NCBI GenBank assembly: GCA_963666485.2
Contig: CAXXUO010000009.1
Location: forward strand, 384,001-448,000
DNA: 64,000 nt
Source: Syntrophorhabdaceae bacterium
Lineage (GTDB): Bacteria > Desulfobacterota > Syntrophorhabdia > Syntrophorhabdales > Syntrophorhabdaceae
Reading direction: 5' to 3'
Both the position numbers and the translations under genes were made by a program. Under the pieces are notes generated by a model. The model did no database searches, had not been told where the DNA came from, and was given only the letters and a program-made list of their open reading frames with translations. Positions 32,076-41,043 of this stretch are shown here, piece after piece; positions within the stretch are counted from its first letter, which is position 1; the number at the start of each line of letters is the position of its first letter.

Positions 32076-34211
32076 TTACTGCTCGATCTCCTTTGATTCG
32101 GTCTCGGGCATTCCGTTCTTCCGCTTTGTACCCATGCTGTTTACGTCGTCTTTTTTGATGCCGTGCTTTCCCGTGGTCGTGAACTTGTCCACGTAATCGC
32201 CCGTCAACTTTTTCGCATCCTGCTGGTTCTTCATGACATGGGGAGTCAGGAGGATGATGATCTCCGTGCGGGAACAGTCATCAGTCGTGTTGCCGAAGAG
32301 ATGGCCCAGGAGCGGTATCTTGCTAAGCCACGGAATGCCTGTGATCGCTTTTGTCGTATCCTCCCTGATCAGGCCCCCGATCACTATGGTCTCCCCGTCC
32401 TGAACGATCAGGTTCGTGGACGCCTCAGTTTTATTGATGATGATGTTCTTCTCATTTGAAAAAAGCTCAATGGTGCTGAAGGTGGATACCTCCTGTGCCA
32501 GGGCAAGAGACACGAGGCCGCTTTCGTTCACCTGCGGTGTCACCTTGAGTATCACACCTATATCCTTGTACTGGATGGTCCTCTGCGGTGCCACGGTCGT
32601 CGATCCGAACGTTTCTGAGGTGGCGACGGGCACCTGCTGACCGACCTGTATCCGCGCCTCGCGGTTATCGGCTACGAGAATATGGGGGGCCGCAAGTACT
32701 TTTGCCCGGGACTTCGTCGCCAGCGCCGAAATCACCGCCCTTATATCGTCGCCCACCTTACCGACAAAGGTAAAACCCGACCCGGGCAGGCTGTTGGGAT
32801 CGAGGCCCGAAGGGTTCAAAGAGAGAGTCCCGTTAACTTTGCTGCCCGAGAAAGTGAAAGTCGTTTTAACGGACGCAGACAGGCCGATGCTCAGGTTGTC
32901 CGTAAGCATCACTTCCGCAATGATCCCCTCGATAACAACCTGCCGCGGCACTATATCGATCTGCCCGATGGTCTCCTTGATGAGAGCATAATCTTCCGGC
33001 GTCGCGAGAACGATGACCGCATTCATGATCTCGTCGTGAAATATTTTGGTGATGTCCGACACAATAGCGTCCTTGCCCCGGGCCGGGACGGACTGGTCAC
33101 TGTGAGCGGCTATGGATGCGGGCTGCGCTGAAGCGGTCCCACCGGCACCCGGTCTCCCGGCCTGGGACATTGCCGTTTGCCCCGGCTGCACTCCAAGGAA
33201 GATCTGCTGGAGCAGCGCCGCCACATTCCTCGCCTTTCCGTTCTGCACGTGATAGACGAAGACCCGGGCCTGCTTCCTTTTCTGCTGCTCGTTATCGAGG
33301 GCATTGACAAGCTGCACCATCCTTTTCACACTCGCATCGGTATCGACCACGATGACCTGGTTCGTCTTCGGTATGTCGACGACAAGTGCATTTGCCGACA
33401 AAAAAGGTGTAATGAGCTTGATCACCTCCGAAGATTGAAGATACAGAATCGGTATCACCTGGACGAGCGATCTCCCTCCCGACGGTATCTTGTCAATGTC
33501 TCGCCCGAACCCAATCTGCGTCGGTTCACGGGCGACCTCGCTGATGGGGACGATCCTGTAGAGGCCCGCGTCCTCGACCACCCCGATGCCGTTCAATCTC
33601 AATATCACCTCCATGACCGCAAGTACCTTGTCCGACGGGACCGGCGCAATAGACCGGAAGGTCACGCGCCCTTTCACCCGCGCATCCACGATGTAATTCG
33701 TCCGCAACACGTCGCCGAAGATCGTCTGGATAACCTGGTACACATCTGCATCGTCAAAATTGAGACTGATGGGACGTCCACCAGGGGAACGGTTCGAAGC
33801 GGGGGCGGAGGGTCGTGCCGGGCGCGGTGGGGCGGGCGGCAGCGGATCGACAGGGGTGGCAGGCGGCTTTTGAGGAGAGGATATCGCGGTTGCCTGTGGC
33901 TGAGGCGGTGGCGAAGAGGCGATATCGGGTGGTTCCGGGGGTAAGGCCGGTCTCGGCTTGTCCTGGGCCGAAGGCTGCATTCCTGCACCGGGTAAGTGCG
34001 GTGGTGCCGTTTCAGGAGGTGCCGCGGCGGGTGCCGGAATTTTTGCAGAAGAACCGGAGGCTCCCATCTCTGTAGGAACCAGGGGCCTGACTTTGACAGT
34101 ACCCTGATCGGCAGTTATCTGTTCATCGGACAACACCTGTCCCGCAACAATTCCTCCAACGAGGACAAAGCCTACGATGACAAGGACGTGCAGCTTTATC
34201 AAGAGACTCAT
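32076..34211 (-). CDS. gspD: Type II secretion secretin
   Basis: Pro-rich N-terminus, SLNFDDAD, QVVIEG.IAEV, DGETIVIGGLI, IPWLSKIPLLGHLF. Confidence 0.93.
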   Translation of the reverse strand: MSLLIKLHVLVIVGFVLVGGIVAGQVLSDEQITADQGTVKVRPLVPTEMGASGSSAKIPAPAAAPPETAPPHLPGAGMQPSAQDKPRPALPPEPPDIASSPPPQPQATAISSPQKPPATPVDPLPPAPPRPARPSAPASNRSPGGRPISLNFDDADVYQVIQTIFGDVLRTNYIVDARVKGRVTFRSIAPVPSDKVLAVMEVILRLNGIGVVEDAGLYRIVPISEVAREPTQIGFGRDIDKIPSGGRSLVQVIPILYLQSSEVIKLITPFLSANALVVDIPKTNQVIVVDTDASVKRMVQLVNALDNEQQKRKQARVFVYHVQNGKARNVAALLQQIFLGVQPGQTAMSQAGRPGAGGTASAQPASIAAHSDQSVPARGKDAIVSDITKIFHDEIMNAVIVLATPEDYALIKETIGQIDIVPRQVVIEGIIAEVMLTDNLSIGLSASVKTTFTFSGSKVNGTLSLNPSGLDPNSLPGSGFTFVGKVGDDIRAVISALATKSRAKVLAAPHILVADNREARIQVGQQVPVATSETFGSTTVAPQRTIQYKDIGVILKVTPQVNESGLVSLALAQEVSTFSTIELFSNEKNIIINKTEASTNLIVQDGETIVIGGLIREDTTKAITGIPWLSKIPLLGHLFGNTTDDCSRTEIIILLTPHVMKNQQDAKKLTGDYVDKFTTTGKHGIKKDDVNSMGTKRKNGMPETESKEIEQ

Positions 34212-34269
34212 TTTGAATTTTAAAAGGAGAAATTTTACTCAATGCGGGCACCGATCGGCCATACCGGCT

Positions 34270-34692
34270 TTATTCCCAATTTGTCACGTCTTTGTCCTCT
34301 CCTTCTCCTCCCTGCATACCATCCCTTCCATATGAATACAGATCATACTCTCCGTGCGTACCGGGACATTGATAGGCATATGGCTTGCCCCACGGGTCGT
34401 TGGGAAGACCTTTTGTAAGGTAAGGCCCGTCCCAGTTCTCCCCGCCTGAAGGTTTCGCAGTCAGCGCACTCAACCCCTCCTGCGTTGTAGGGTACCTTCC
34501 GGAATCAAGCCTCATCTGATCGAGCGCCTGCCCGAGCAGCGCTATCTGCGCCTTAGCGGCCGACTGCCTCCCTTTCCCCAGTTTAGGAAACAACCTAGGA
34601 CCGACAAGAGCCGCAAGAAGGCCGACGATGACCATCACCACCAGCAGTTCAATCAGGGTGAAACCGCGGTGATCTCTATTGCAAAACTTCAT
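34270..34692 (-). CDS. gspG: Major pseudopilin
   Basis: GFTLIELLVV, RYPTTQEGL.AL, WDGPYL..LPNDPWG.PY, S.G.DG..GGEGED.D. Confidence 0.95.
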   Translation of the reverse strand: MKFCNRDHRGFTLIELLVVMVIVGLLAALVGPRLFPKLGKGRQSAAKAQIALLGQALDQMRLDSGRYPTTQEGLSALTAKPSGGENWDGPYLTKGLPNDPWGKPYAYQCPGTHGEYDLYSYGRDGMQGGEGEDKDVTNWE

Positions 34693-34976
34693 CAGTTCGC
34701 TCCTGTTTAAACTTGGGACCCTGTGGTACGACGACCAGTTTTGTTATGCCCTTTTATTGCCCGTCGGTGACTGCATTTCCCCGGTTACAGGTATTCATTA
34801 CAGATCATTACTTCAAGGAAGATTACCAACCGGGCCATCACCGGGCAATATCAATTAAGTATTGGTATAATAGGACGAATGATTTTTATCAGTCTCCTTT
34901 TTCCGGCCTATCATGGTATTCTATCTAAGGTCTGAGACGGAACTAAATTGACTCATGCAATTATTATGGTGAGATA

Positions 34977-35819
34977 GTGTGTGAATTCTGCGTAAAACAC
35001 GGTGAAGGCGAGAAGTGGTATCTCAACGCATCGAATTACTCGGAAGACCTGTTAAGCGACCTCCGCCGCCGCAGGCTTATCGAAGAATTTCTGTCGGACA
35101 CCGACGGGCTCGCGCGCGCAAGTAAATACCTCGAATTTCTCGGAAAGATGCCGCGGCCGGTGAAGGACATGGTGGGCCGCATTGTCACGCGCAAGATGAA
35201 GAAGAATCATTTCGGTCAGGTAGTCCCGATCGAAGATATCGAGAAGATCTTCGGCCTTGTCAATTCTATAGTGCGGGTCTCGTGCGTCTGCCGACATGTC
35301 ACATCAGGGAAAGACCAGCGCTACTGCTACGCCGTCAGCCTCGGCCCCGGCGGCGGAAGGCTCGCCGAGATCATGCGCGGCATCGACGACAGTTATCTGA
35401 GCGGCCCGGATTGCGCCGATAATGAAGTGCTCAAAAAAGATGATGCCATCGCAGCCCTGCGCGAACACGAGCAGGAAGGCCTCTGCCATTCCGTTTGGAC
35501 ATTCAAAACCCCATTTATCGCCGCCATCTGCAATTGCGGCCGCACCGAATGTCTCGCAATGCACACGGTGGCGCACGGCATCCCCCTCATGTTCCGTGCC
35601 GAATACGTCGCCGAGATATATTCCGACACCTGCATAGGTTGCCGCGCATGCCTGTCCGTCTGTCAATTCGGGGCAATAAGCTTCAACGCGAACGCGGGAT
35701 ATGCAGTCATCGACCAGAGGTCATGTTACGGCTGCGGGGTCTGCCGTTCTGTGTGCAGCTCGCAGGCAATAACACTCAAAGAACGCGACACTACACCGGC
35801 TGCCGCGAACCTCTGGTAA
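34977..35819 (+). CDS. 4Fe-4S dicluster protein
   Basis: CVCR, AICNC, two CxxCxxCxxxC motifs. Confidence 0.85.
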   Translation: MCEFCVKHGEGEKWYLNASNYSEDLLSDLRRRRLIEEFLSDTDGLARASKYLEFLGKMPRPVKDMVGRIVTRKMKKNHFGQVVPIEDIEKIFGLVNSIVRVSCVCRHVTSGKDQRYCYAVSLGPGGGRLAEIMRGIDDSYLSGPDCADNEVLKKDDAIAALREHEQEGLCHSVWTFKTPFIAAICNCGRTECLAMHTVAHGIPLMFRAEYVAEIYSDTCIGCRACLSVCQFGAISFNANAGYAVIDQRSCYGCGVCRSVCSSQAITLKERDTTPAAANLW

Positions 35820-35824
35820 CCCGA

Positions 35825-36322
35825 TCAGAGCTCTCCTTTTTCGTTCCAATCGATAATGTATTGTACTTGTTCGGGAGTTTCGGGAGAACTGCGGGAGATT
35901 GCCTTCGGGTTTCTGCGCCATAATTCCTGCAGGCGGTCAAGGGCCAATCGTCCAGGATATCCGTGGCGCGAAAGCCAGCACCCCACAATGGTGCCGGTTC
36001 TGCCCACTCCGCCCCAGCAATGGACATACACGATCCGACCATCCTTGATATGAACATCTATTGTATCGAGGACCTTCCGGGTTAAGGTCGTGGAACCGGG
36101 GACCGACAGGTCTCTTATGGGAAACCGATGATATATGATCCCCTGACCAGGTAAGAGCTGTGCGTACGGTGCCATTCCGTCGTCATCGTGCGTGAGATCT
36201 ATAAATGCGGTAACCCCCAGCGCGATCAATGCATCTATCTTGTCCTGGGAAGACGCGTCATCAGCATTTCTCGGATATTCCCCGGCGAGTAATTTATTCT
36301 CTTCTACCCAGTAATGGTTCAT
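35825..36322 (-). CDS. Cys-based (PTP/dual-specificity-type) phosphatase
   Basis: LLAGEYP, FPIRD, VHCWGGVGRTG (CX5R), SPETPEQ. Confidence 0.9.
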   Translation of the reverse strand: MNHYWVEENKLLAGEYPRNADDASSQDKIDALIALGVTAFIDLTHDDDGMAPYAQLLPGQGIIYHRFPIRDLSVPGSTTLTRKVLDTIDVHIKDGRIVYVHCWGGVGRTGTIVGCWLSRHGYPGRLALDRLQELWRRNPKAISRSSPETPEQVQYIIDWNEKGEL

Positions 36323-36384
36323 AAACTATCTCCTTGACGTTTATCAATTTAAAACCGACTTTCATCTATGATATCACCAATTAT

Positions 36385-36400
36385 TGACAACAGTGCGGCA
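36385..36400 (-). promoter_or_regulatory. WYL-box copy upstream of the phosphatase
   Basis: Minus strand TGCCG-cactgt-TGTCA-N11-TATCAT (TG-extended -10). Confidence 0.65.
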
Positions 36401-36519
36401 TGCTCAATTAAAAACCCGTATTCCAGAATGTTCTCAACCGGCAAACTGGCTTCCGATTATAACGGCTGGTTTATTCCTTTATAAGGTATCTACCCATTCT
36501 TCGTTCACAACAATTTTGT

Positions 36520-36962
36520 CGCAATTACGTGAGGGCATATTGCCGGCTGAGGAAGGAATACCGGACCTTCGCTATTGACCGGATAGCCCTTCTCAAACCC
36601 CTCGACGACTTTTTTATGCCCATCCCGTATCGGCCGATGAGGACATGGCAGGCGCTTTTGGCGCGTACATTGATGGGGAACCTACGGATGTCACACTCGT
36701 TTTTGACGAAGAGATCCGCGCCCAGATCGGCAGGAAAAAATGGCACCCCAGCCAGAAACACAAAACACTCCCCGACGGCAGAATCGAAGTGTCGTTCACC
36801 GTAAACGGTTTTCAAGGCCTCAGGCACTGGATGTACCAGTGGATTCCCTATGTTGAAGTTATCCCCCCGGAGGAACTGAGGGTCATGCTGAAAGAGGACG
36901 CCGCGCGGGTTATTGCGAAAAATACCTCGGAGAACGGGCCAGCGGGACAGGCGGTAAAATAG
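36520..36962 (+). pseudogene. 5'-truncated, frameshifted WYL-WCX regulator paralog
   Basis: YVRAYCRLRKEYRTFAIDRI, then after a 1-nt loss near 36625 SADEDMAGAFG...WHPSQ...WMYQWIPYVEVIPPEELR; collinear with 38665-39591. Confidence 0.85.
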
Positions 36963-37000
36963 AAAACAAATGAGGGTAATGCAAGATTTAAAATCCAGAC

Positions 37001-37016
37001 TGCCATAACCCTGTCA
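37001..37016 (+). promoter_or_regulatory. WYL-box copy upstream of the DUF2779 gene
   Basis: TGCCA-taaccc-TGTCA; -10 at +11 is imperfect (TAATTA). Confidence 0.65.
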
Positions 37017-37070
37017 TGGAAGCGTCGTAATTAATAGTGAACCGGCAAGCCGACGGGTAAAGAGGAGACT

Positions 37071-38570
37071 ATGAGCCAGACAAACAATGATCCAATGTTG
37101 AGCAAGTCGAAATTCGTTCAGGGGCTGCAGTGCCACAAAGCGCTCTATTTGCAGATGCATAGCCCCGAACTTGCCGACCCGGTGCCGGCTTCCCGGGAGT
37201 CGCTTTTTCAGACCGGAAACGAGGTTGGCGCGCTGTCGCAAGGGCTCTTTCCGGGCGGCGTCATCATACCGTATGATGCGAATGATTACGAGGGCCAGAT
37301 TGTCCGGACAAAAGCGGAGATGGATAAAGGAACCGAGGTCCTGTATGAAGCAGCATTCAGTTATGACGGGGTGTTTGTCAAGGTGGACATCCTTCGTCTC
37401 GGCCGGGTCGGTTGGGAATTGTACGAGGTCAAGAGTTCGGCGTCCGTGCAGCCCTATCATGTCCCGGACATCGCCGTGCAGTATTACGTCCTCACCGGTG
37501 CGGGGGTAAATGTGTCGTCTGCACACCTCGTCCACATCAATACCGGGTATGTACGGAACGGCGCGATCGAACCGGAGAAGTTCTTCACCCTTGAGGATAT
37601 GACCGGCAAGGTGCAGGACATGGAGGCTTTCGTCAGGGACGAGATCGGGAAAATGAAAACAATGCTGAAAGGCGATATGCCCGTCATGGATATCGGGACA
37701 TATTGCACAAGTCCCTTTGACTGCAGTTTTTACGGCTATTGCTGGCAGCACATTCCGGAAGACTCCGTTTTCACCCTGCGGGACCGGGGTATCGACAAGT
37801 TCTCCCTGTACCGGAACGGGATCCTCCGGCTGCAGGATGTACCTCTCGATCTGCTCAATGCCCGACAGCGGCAGCAGGCAGAGCTGTTTCTCAGCAAGAA
37901 AGGATTCTTGGATAAAGGGGCCCTCAACGGTTTCCTGGAGACGATCCGGTACCCTATCCATTTCCTGGATTTTGAAACGGTCATGGCCGCCATTCCGCTG
38001 TATGACGGCACGTCCCCGTTTCAGCAGATCCCCTACCAGTACTCGATGCACTACCTGGAGCGTGAAGGGGGAGACCTAGGCCATTATGAATTCCTCGCCG
38101 AACCGAACGTCGATCCCCGCGAAGAGGTTGCGGCGAACCTGTGCAGACAAATCCCGGACAATTCGTGTGTGCTGGCCTATAATTCGCCTTTCGAAATTGG
38201 CATATTACACCGGCTCGGAAACGACTTCCCCCGCTATAAACAGAAGTTGGAGCGAATCATAGGCGGCACCATCGACCTCGCTGCCCCGTTCAGGTCGAGG
38301 CATGTATGCCACTGGAAGATGAACGGTTCATATTCTCAGAAAGTCGTTCTGCCGATCCTGGTACCCGGGCTCAGCTATAAGGGTATGGCTGTTGCCGACG
38401 GATCAATGGCCATGGACGCCTATTTCTCGATGTGCGCCGCCAAGGACCCTCATGAGATCGAGCTGATCCGGGCAAATCTCCTTGAATACTGCGCTCTCGA
38501 TACCCTGGGCATGGTCAGGATTCTGGAACGCCTGAAGACAATAGCCGAGACTGGGAAAATAACGGGATAG
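37071..38570 (+). CDS. DUF2779 protein: Cas4/RecB-like PD-(D/E)XK nuclease + RNase H-fold exonuclease
   Basis: LSKSKF..GLQC.K.LYL, KVDIL..ELYEVKS, C-x5-C-x5-C; FLDFET, AYN..FE, LEYC.LDT. Confidence 0.8.
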   Translation: MSQTNNDPMLSKSKFVQGLQCHKALYLQMHSPELADPVPASRESLFQTGNEVGALSQGLFPGGVIIPYDANDYEGQIVRTKAEMDKGTEVLYEAAFSYDGVFVKVDILRLGRVGWELYEVKSSASVQPYHVPDIAVQYYVLTGAGVNVSSAHLVHINTGYVRNGAIEPEKFFTLEDMTGKVQDMEAFVRDEIGKMKTMLKGDMPVMDIGTYCTSPFDCSFYGYCWQHIPEDSVFTLRDRGIDKFSLYRNGILRLQDVPLDLLNARQRQQAELFLSKKGFLDKGALNGFLETIRYPIHFLDFETVMAAIPLYDGTSPFQQIPYQYSMHYLEREGGDLGHYEFLAEPNVDPREEVAANLCRQIPDNSCVLAYNSPFEIGILHRLGNDFPRYKQKLERIIGGTIDLAAPFRSRHVCHWKMNGSYSQKVVLPILVPGLSYKGMAVADGSMAMDAYFSMCAAKDPHEIELIRANLLEYCALDTLGMVRILERLKTIAETGKITG

Positions 38571-38600
38571 TAAAAGGTCATCGAGGCCCGATAATTCAAA

Positions 38601-38616
38601 TGACATATTCCTGTCA
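38601..38616 (+). promoter_or_regulatory. WYL-box copy upstream of the WYL regulator (autoregulatory site)
   Basis: aaTGACA-tattcc-TGTCAtt, 7-bp perfect arms. Confidence 0.75.
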
Positions 38617-38664
38617 TTATGCCATGATTTATTCTAATCACTCGCAAAAAAAAGGGGGGGCCTT

Positions 38665-39591
38665 ATGTCGTACAAGTTCGATTCACTGATCACCATCCTG
38701 AATAAGATAGACAGCAAAGAAAGAGTGACGGCTGACTCCCTTGCCGATGAGCTGGAGATAAGCAAGAGAACGGTCTACAGGTATATTACTACCTTGACGA
38801 CCGCCGGGTTTCCCATTGACTTTGATAAGACCAATAAGACCTACGTGTTTACCGACAATTATACGTTGAAAAAACCGCATCTGTCGGTGGAAGAGGCACT
38901 GGCGTTCCAGCTTGCGAAGAAATCGCTTTCCAATCTCGGTCCCGGCCTTGAAAAAGGCCTGTGTTGTATCGAAGAAAGGCTGGCCATGGGAAAGAAAACC
39001 GATCTCAGGCACATAATTTTTTCCGGCGAAAAGGTACCGGAGCATGTCGTGGAATATTTCAGGACCATTCACGGCGCCATCGTTGATTACCGGAAGATCA
39101 GGATAACCTATAAAGCCTTTGCCGCCCAAAAGGCTACGACAGGCACGGTTGACCCTTACTACCTGTTCTTCTCGAATGGCCTGTGGTATTTCAGGGGTTT
39201 ACAGCATGCGAACAAGGCGGTCCGTACCTTTGCTCTCGATCGGATAGAATCAATTTCTGTGCTCGATAAACATTTCCTGCCCACCACTCTTGCGCCCGAA
39301 AAGGAATTGTCCGGAGCCTTCGGGCCGTTTGTCGATGGTGCCCCGGTTGACGTGGTCTTGAGATTTGATAAAACGTATACGCCCCTGATCACGCGGAAAA
39401 CCTGGCATGCGAGCCAAAAGGTAGAGGACCTGACTGACGGGGGGATCGAGGTCACATTCACAGTGAAGGGTATACACGGTATACGAAACTGGGTACATCA
39501 GTGGATACCTCACGTGGAGGTCATCGCCCCGCAGGAACTGCGCGATATGTTCCGCAATGACCTGGGCGCCGCGTTGAAACAGAACAGTTGA
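38665..39591 (+). CDS. HTH-WYL-WCX transcriptional regulator (PafBC/DriD/YafY class)
   Basis: wHTH LADELEISKRTVYRYI..L...GFPI; WYL VDPYYLF...LWYF...VRTFALDRI; WCX WHASQ..WIPHVEVIAPQELR. Confidence 0.93.
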   Translation: MSYKFDSLITILNKIDSKERVTADSLADELEISKRTVYRYITTLTTAGFPIDFDKTNKTYVFTDNYTLKKPHLSVEEALAFQLAKKSLSNLGPGLEKGLCCIEERLAMGKKTDLRHIIFSGEKVPEHVVEYFRTIHGAIVDYRKIRITYKAFAAQKATTGTVDPYYLFFSNGLWYFRGLQHANKAVRTFALDRIESISVLDKHFLPTTLAPEKELSGAFGPFVDGAPVDVVLRFDKTYTPLITRKTWHASQKVEDLTDGGIEVTFTVKGIHGIRNWVHQWIPHVEVIAPQELRDMFRNDLGAALKQNS

Positions 39592-39733
39592 GATACAAGA
39601 ACAGAACCACGGACCGCTATTGAGGCCAACTTCCAAGAAAGAGTAGATTTAGCTCGACCCGCATCATCTTTTTCACATGAAACCCGACCGGGGAAATAAT
39701 AATAACCATACCAAATAATTACGTTTATAGCAC

Positions 39734-39766
39734 TGCCATAGTGCTGTCACAACCCGGGTTTATACT
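39734..39766 (+). promoter_or_regulatory. WYL-box + -10 upstream of the Zn-finger/ARPP-1 operon
   Basis: TGCCA-tagtgc-TGTCA-N11-TATACT. Confidence 0.75.
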
Positions 39767-39788
39767 ATTTTCAAAAAGGGGGCTTTCC

Positions 39789-39950
39789 ATGGGGAACAGG
39801 ACGGGAAAAGATCCCGGGGACGGGATTTGCTGTGATTGGTGCAAAATCGCTGAAGCGCTGGGGACATTTTTCGTCCCCGGGAAGGGTATCCTCAACCTCT
39901 GCGGGCGCTGCAGATTGCTGCTCATGGCGGTCCTCATAGATGAGATGTAA
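39789..39950 (+). CDS. Small Cys-rich (CxxC..CxxC) protein, 53 aa
   Basis: CCDWC...CGRC; AAGGGGG RBS; stop abuts the RBS of the next gene. Confidence 0.6.
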   Translation: MGNRTGKDPGDGICCDWCKIAEALGTFFVPGKGILNLCGRCRLLLMAVLIDEM

Positions 39951-39959
39951 GGAGGAATA

Positions 39960-40952
39960 ATGGAAAAGGTGATAGCTGACTTTATCGGTACGATCAATTT
40001 CGGAGAAGCAAAAACGCATCGGAACATGACCGTGATCCCTCTCTTCACGGATTCCAATCACGTGCCGGCTTTCCTGACACTCCGCAGGGCGTTGGAAGCG
40101 GGCCACCTCGTGATCACGGAGATCAGTGCAAGCGGGTCGGTGCCGGAGCTCCTGGCGAAAAATACGGGCGATCTGCCCATCCTGCTTCTTGACGGGGAAG
40201 AGCTTGCCGGCGCAAAGCAGAACAGGGTCCTCAACACGACGATATTGCTTCAGGAGAAGTCGGAAACGGTCATCCCCGTCAGCTGCACGGAGCATGGGCG
40301 GTGGTCGTACAGGGGCGCCCACTTCGATGATTCTGACGTGATAATGGCCAAGAAGGCGCGAGAGAACAAGGCGAGGACCGTGTCGTATTCTCTTCGGGAC
40401 CAGAAGTCGTACCGGTCAGACCAGGGGAAGGTCTGGGAAGACATAGCCGCATTGTCGGTCAAGCACGGCATTCGTTCGGAAACGGGGGCCATGCGGGATG
40501 TCTACGAATCCCGGAAGGTCTCCCTCGATGAATACATCGAGGCATTCCCTGTGCAGGACGGGCAGAAGGGGCTTTTTACCTTAATCGACGGCAAGATCGT
40601 CGGGTTCGACATCATCGCGTCCGCCGCCGGATATGCCGATCTGCATGGCAAACTTATCAAAAGCTACGCCATGGACGAACTGGCGTCCGGCGGGAAAGGG
40701 AACAATGGGGAAGACGCCCGGAAAAAAGCCAGGGAATTCTTCGAGATGCTCCTTTCGTCACGGGAAGAAAAATATAAATCGATAGGGTACGGCATCGATT
40801 ACCGTTTCGAGAATGGAATCGCGGTAGGCTCGGCCCTTGTCAGTTCCGAAAAAGTGATACACATGGCAGTCTTCAGGTCCACCCAGTCGGACAGGACGGG
40901 AAATATGTCGGGACCGGCGCAGAGGCGGGCCAACAGGTCGAGGGCCTTATAA
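39960..40952 (+). CDS. ARPP-1 (DUF6569-like; ARG- and phosphatase-associated) protein
   Basis: LTL..AL..G...ITE....GSVPEL...N..D.PILLLDGEEL.GAKQNRVLN.TIL...IPVSCTEHGRW, SDQG.VW. Confidence 0.8.
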   Translation: MEKVIADFIGTINFGEAKTHRNMTVIPLFTDSNHVPAFLTLRRALEAGHLVITEISASGSVPELLAKNTGDLPILLLDGEELAGAKQNRVLNTTILLQEKSETVIPVSCTEHGRWSYRGAHFDDSDVIMAKKARENKARTVSYSLRDQKSYRSDQGKVWEDIAALSVKHGIRSETGAMRDVYESRKVSLDEYIEAFPVQDGQKGLFTLIDGKIVGFDIIASAAGYADLHGKLIKSYAMDELASGGKGNNGEDARKKAREFFEMLLSSREEKYKSIGYGIDYRFENGIAVGSALVSSEKVIHMAVFRSTQSDRTGNMSGPAQRRANRSRAL

Positions 40953-40958
40953 CACATA

Positions 40959-41008
40959 GTGGGGCGGATACGGGGCAACATGGACGGTTGCTCCCGTATC
41001 CGCCCCAC
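40959..41008. terminator. Strong hairpin between convergent genes
   Basis: GTGGGGCGGATACGGG..CAAC / GTTG..CCCGTATCCGCCCCAC. Confidence 0.7.
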
Positions 41009-41043
41009 AATTTAATAAGACAAGGAGATTATTACTCTAATTC

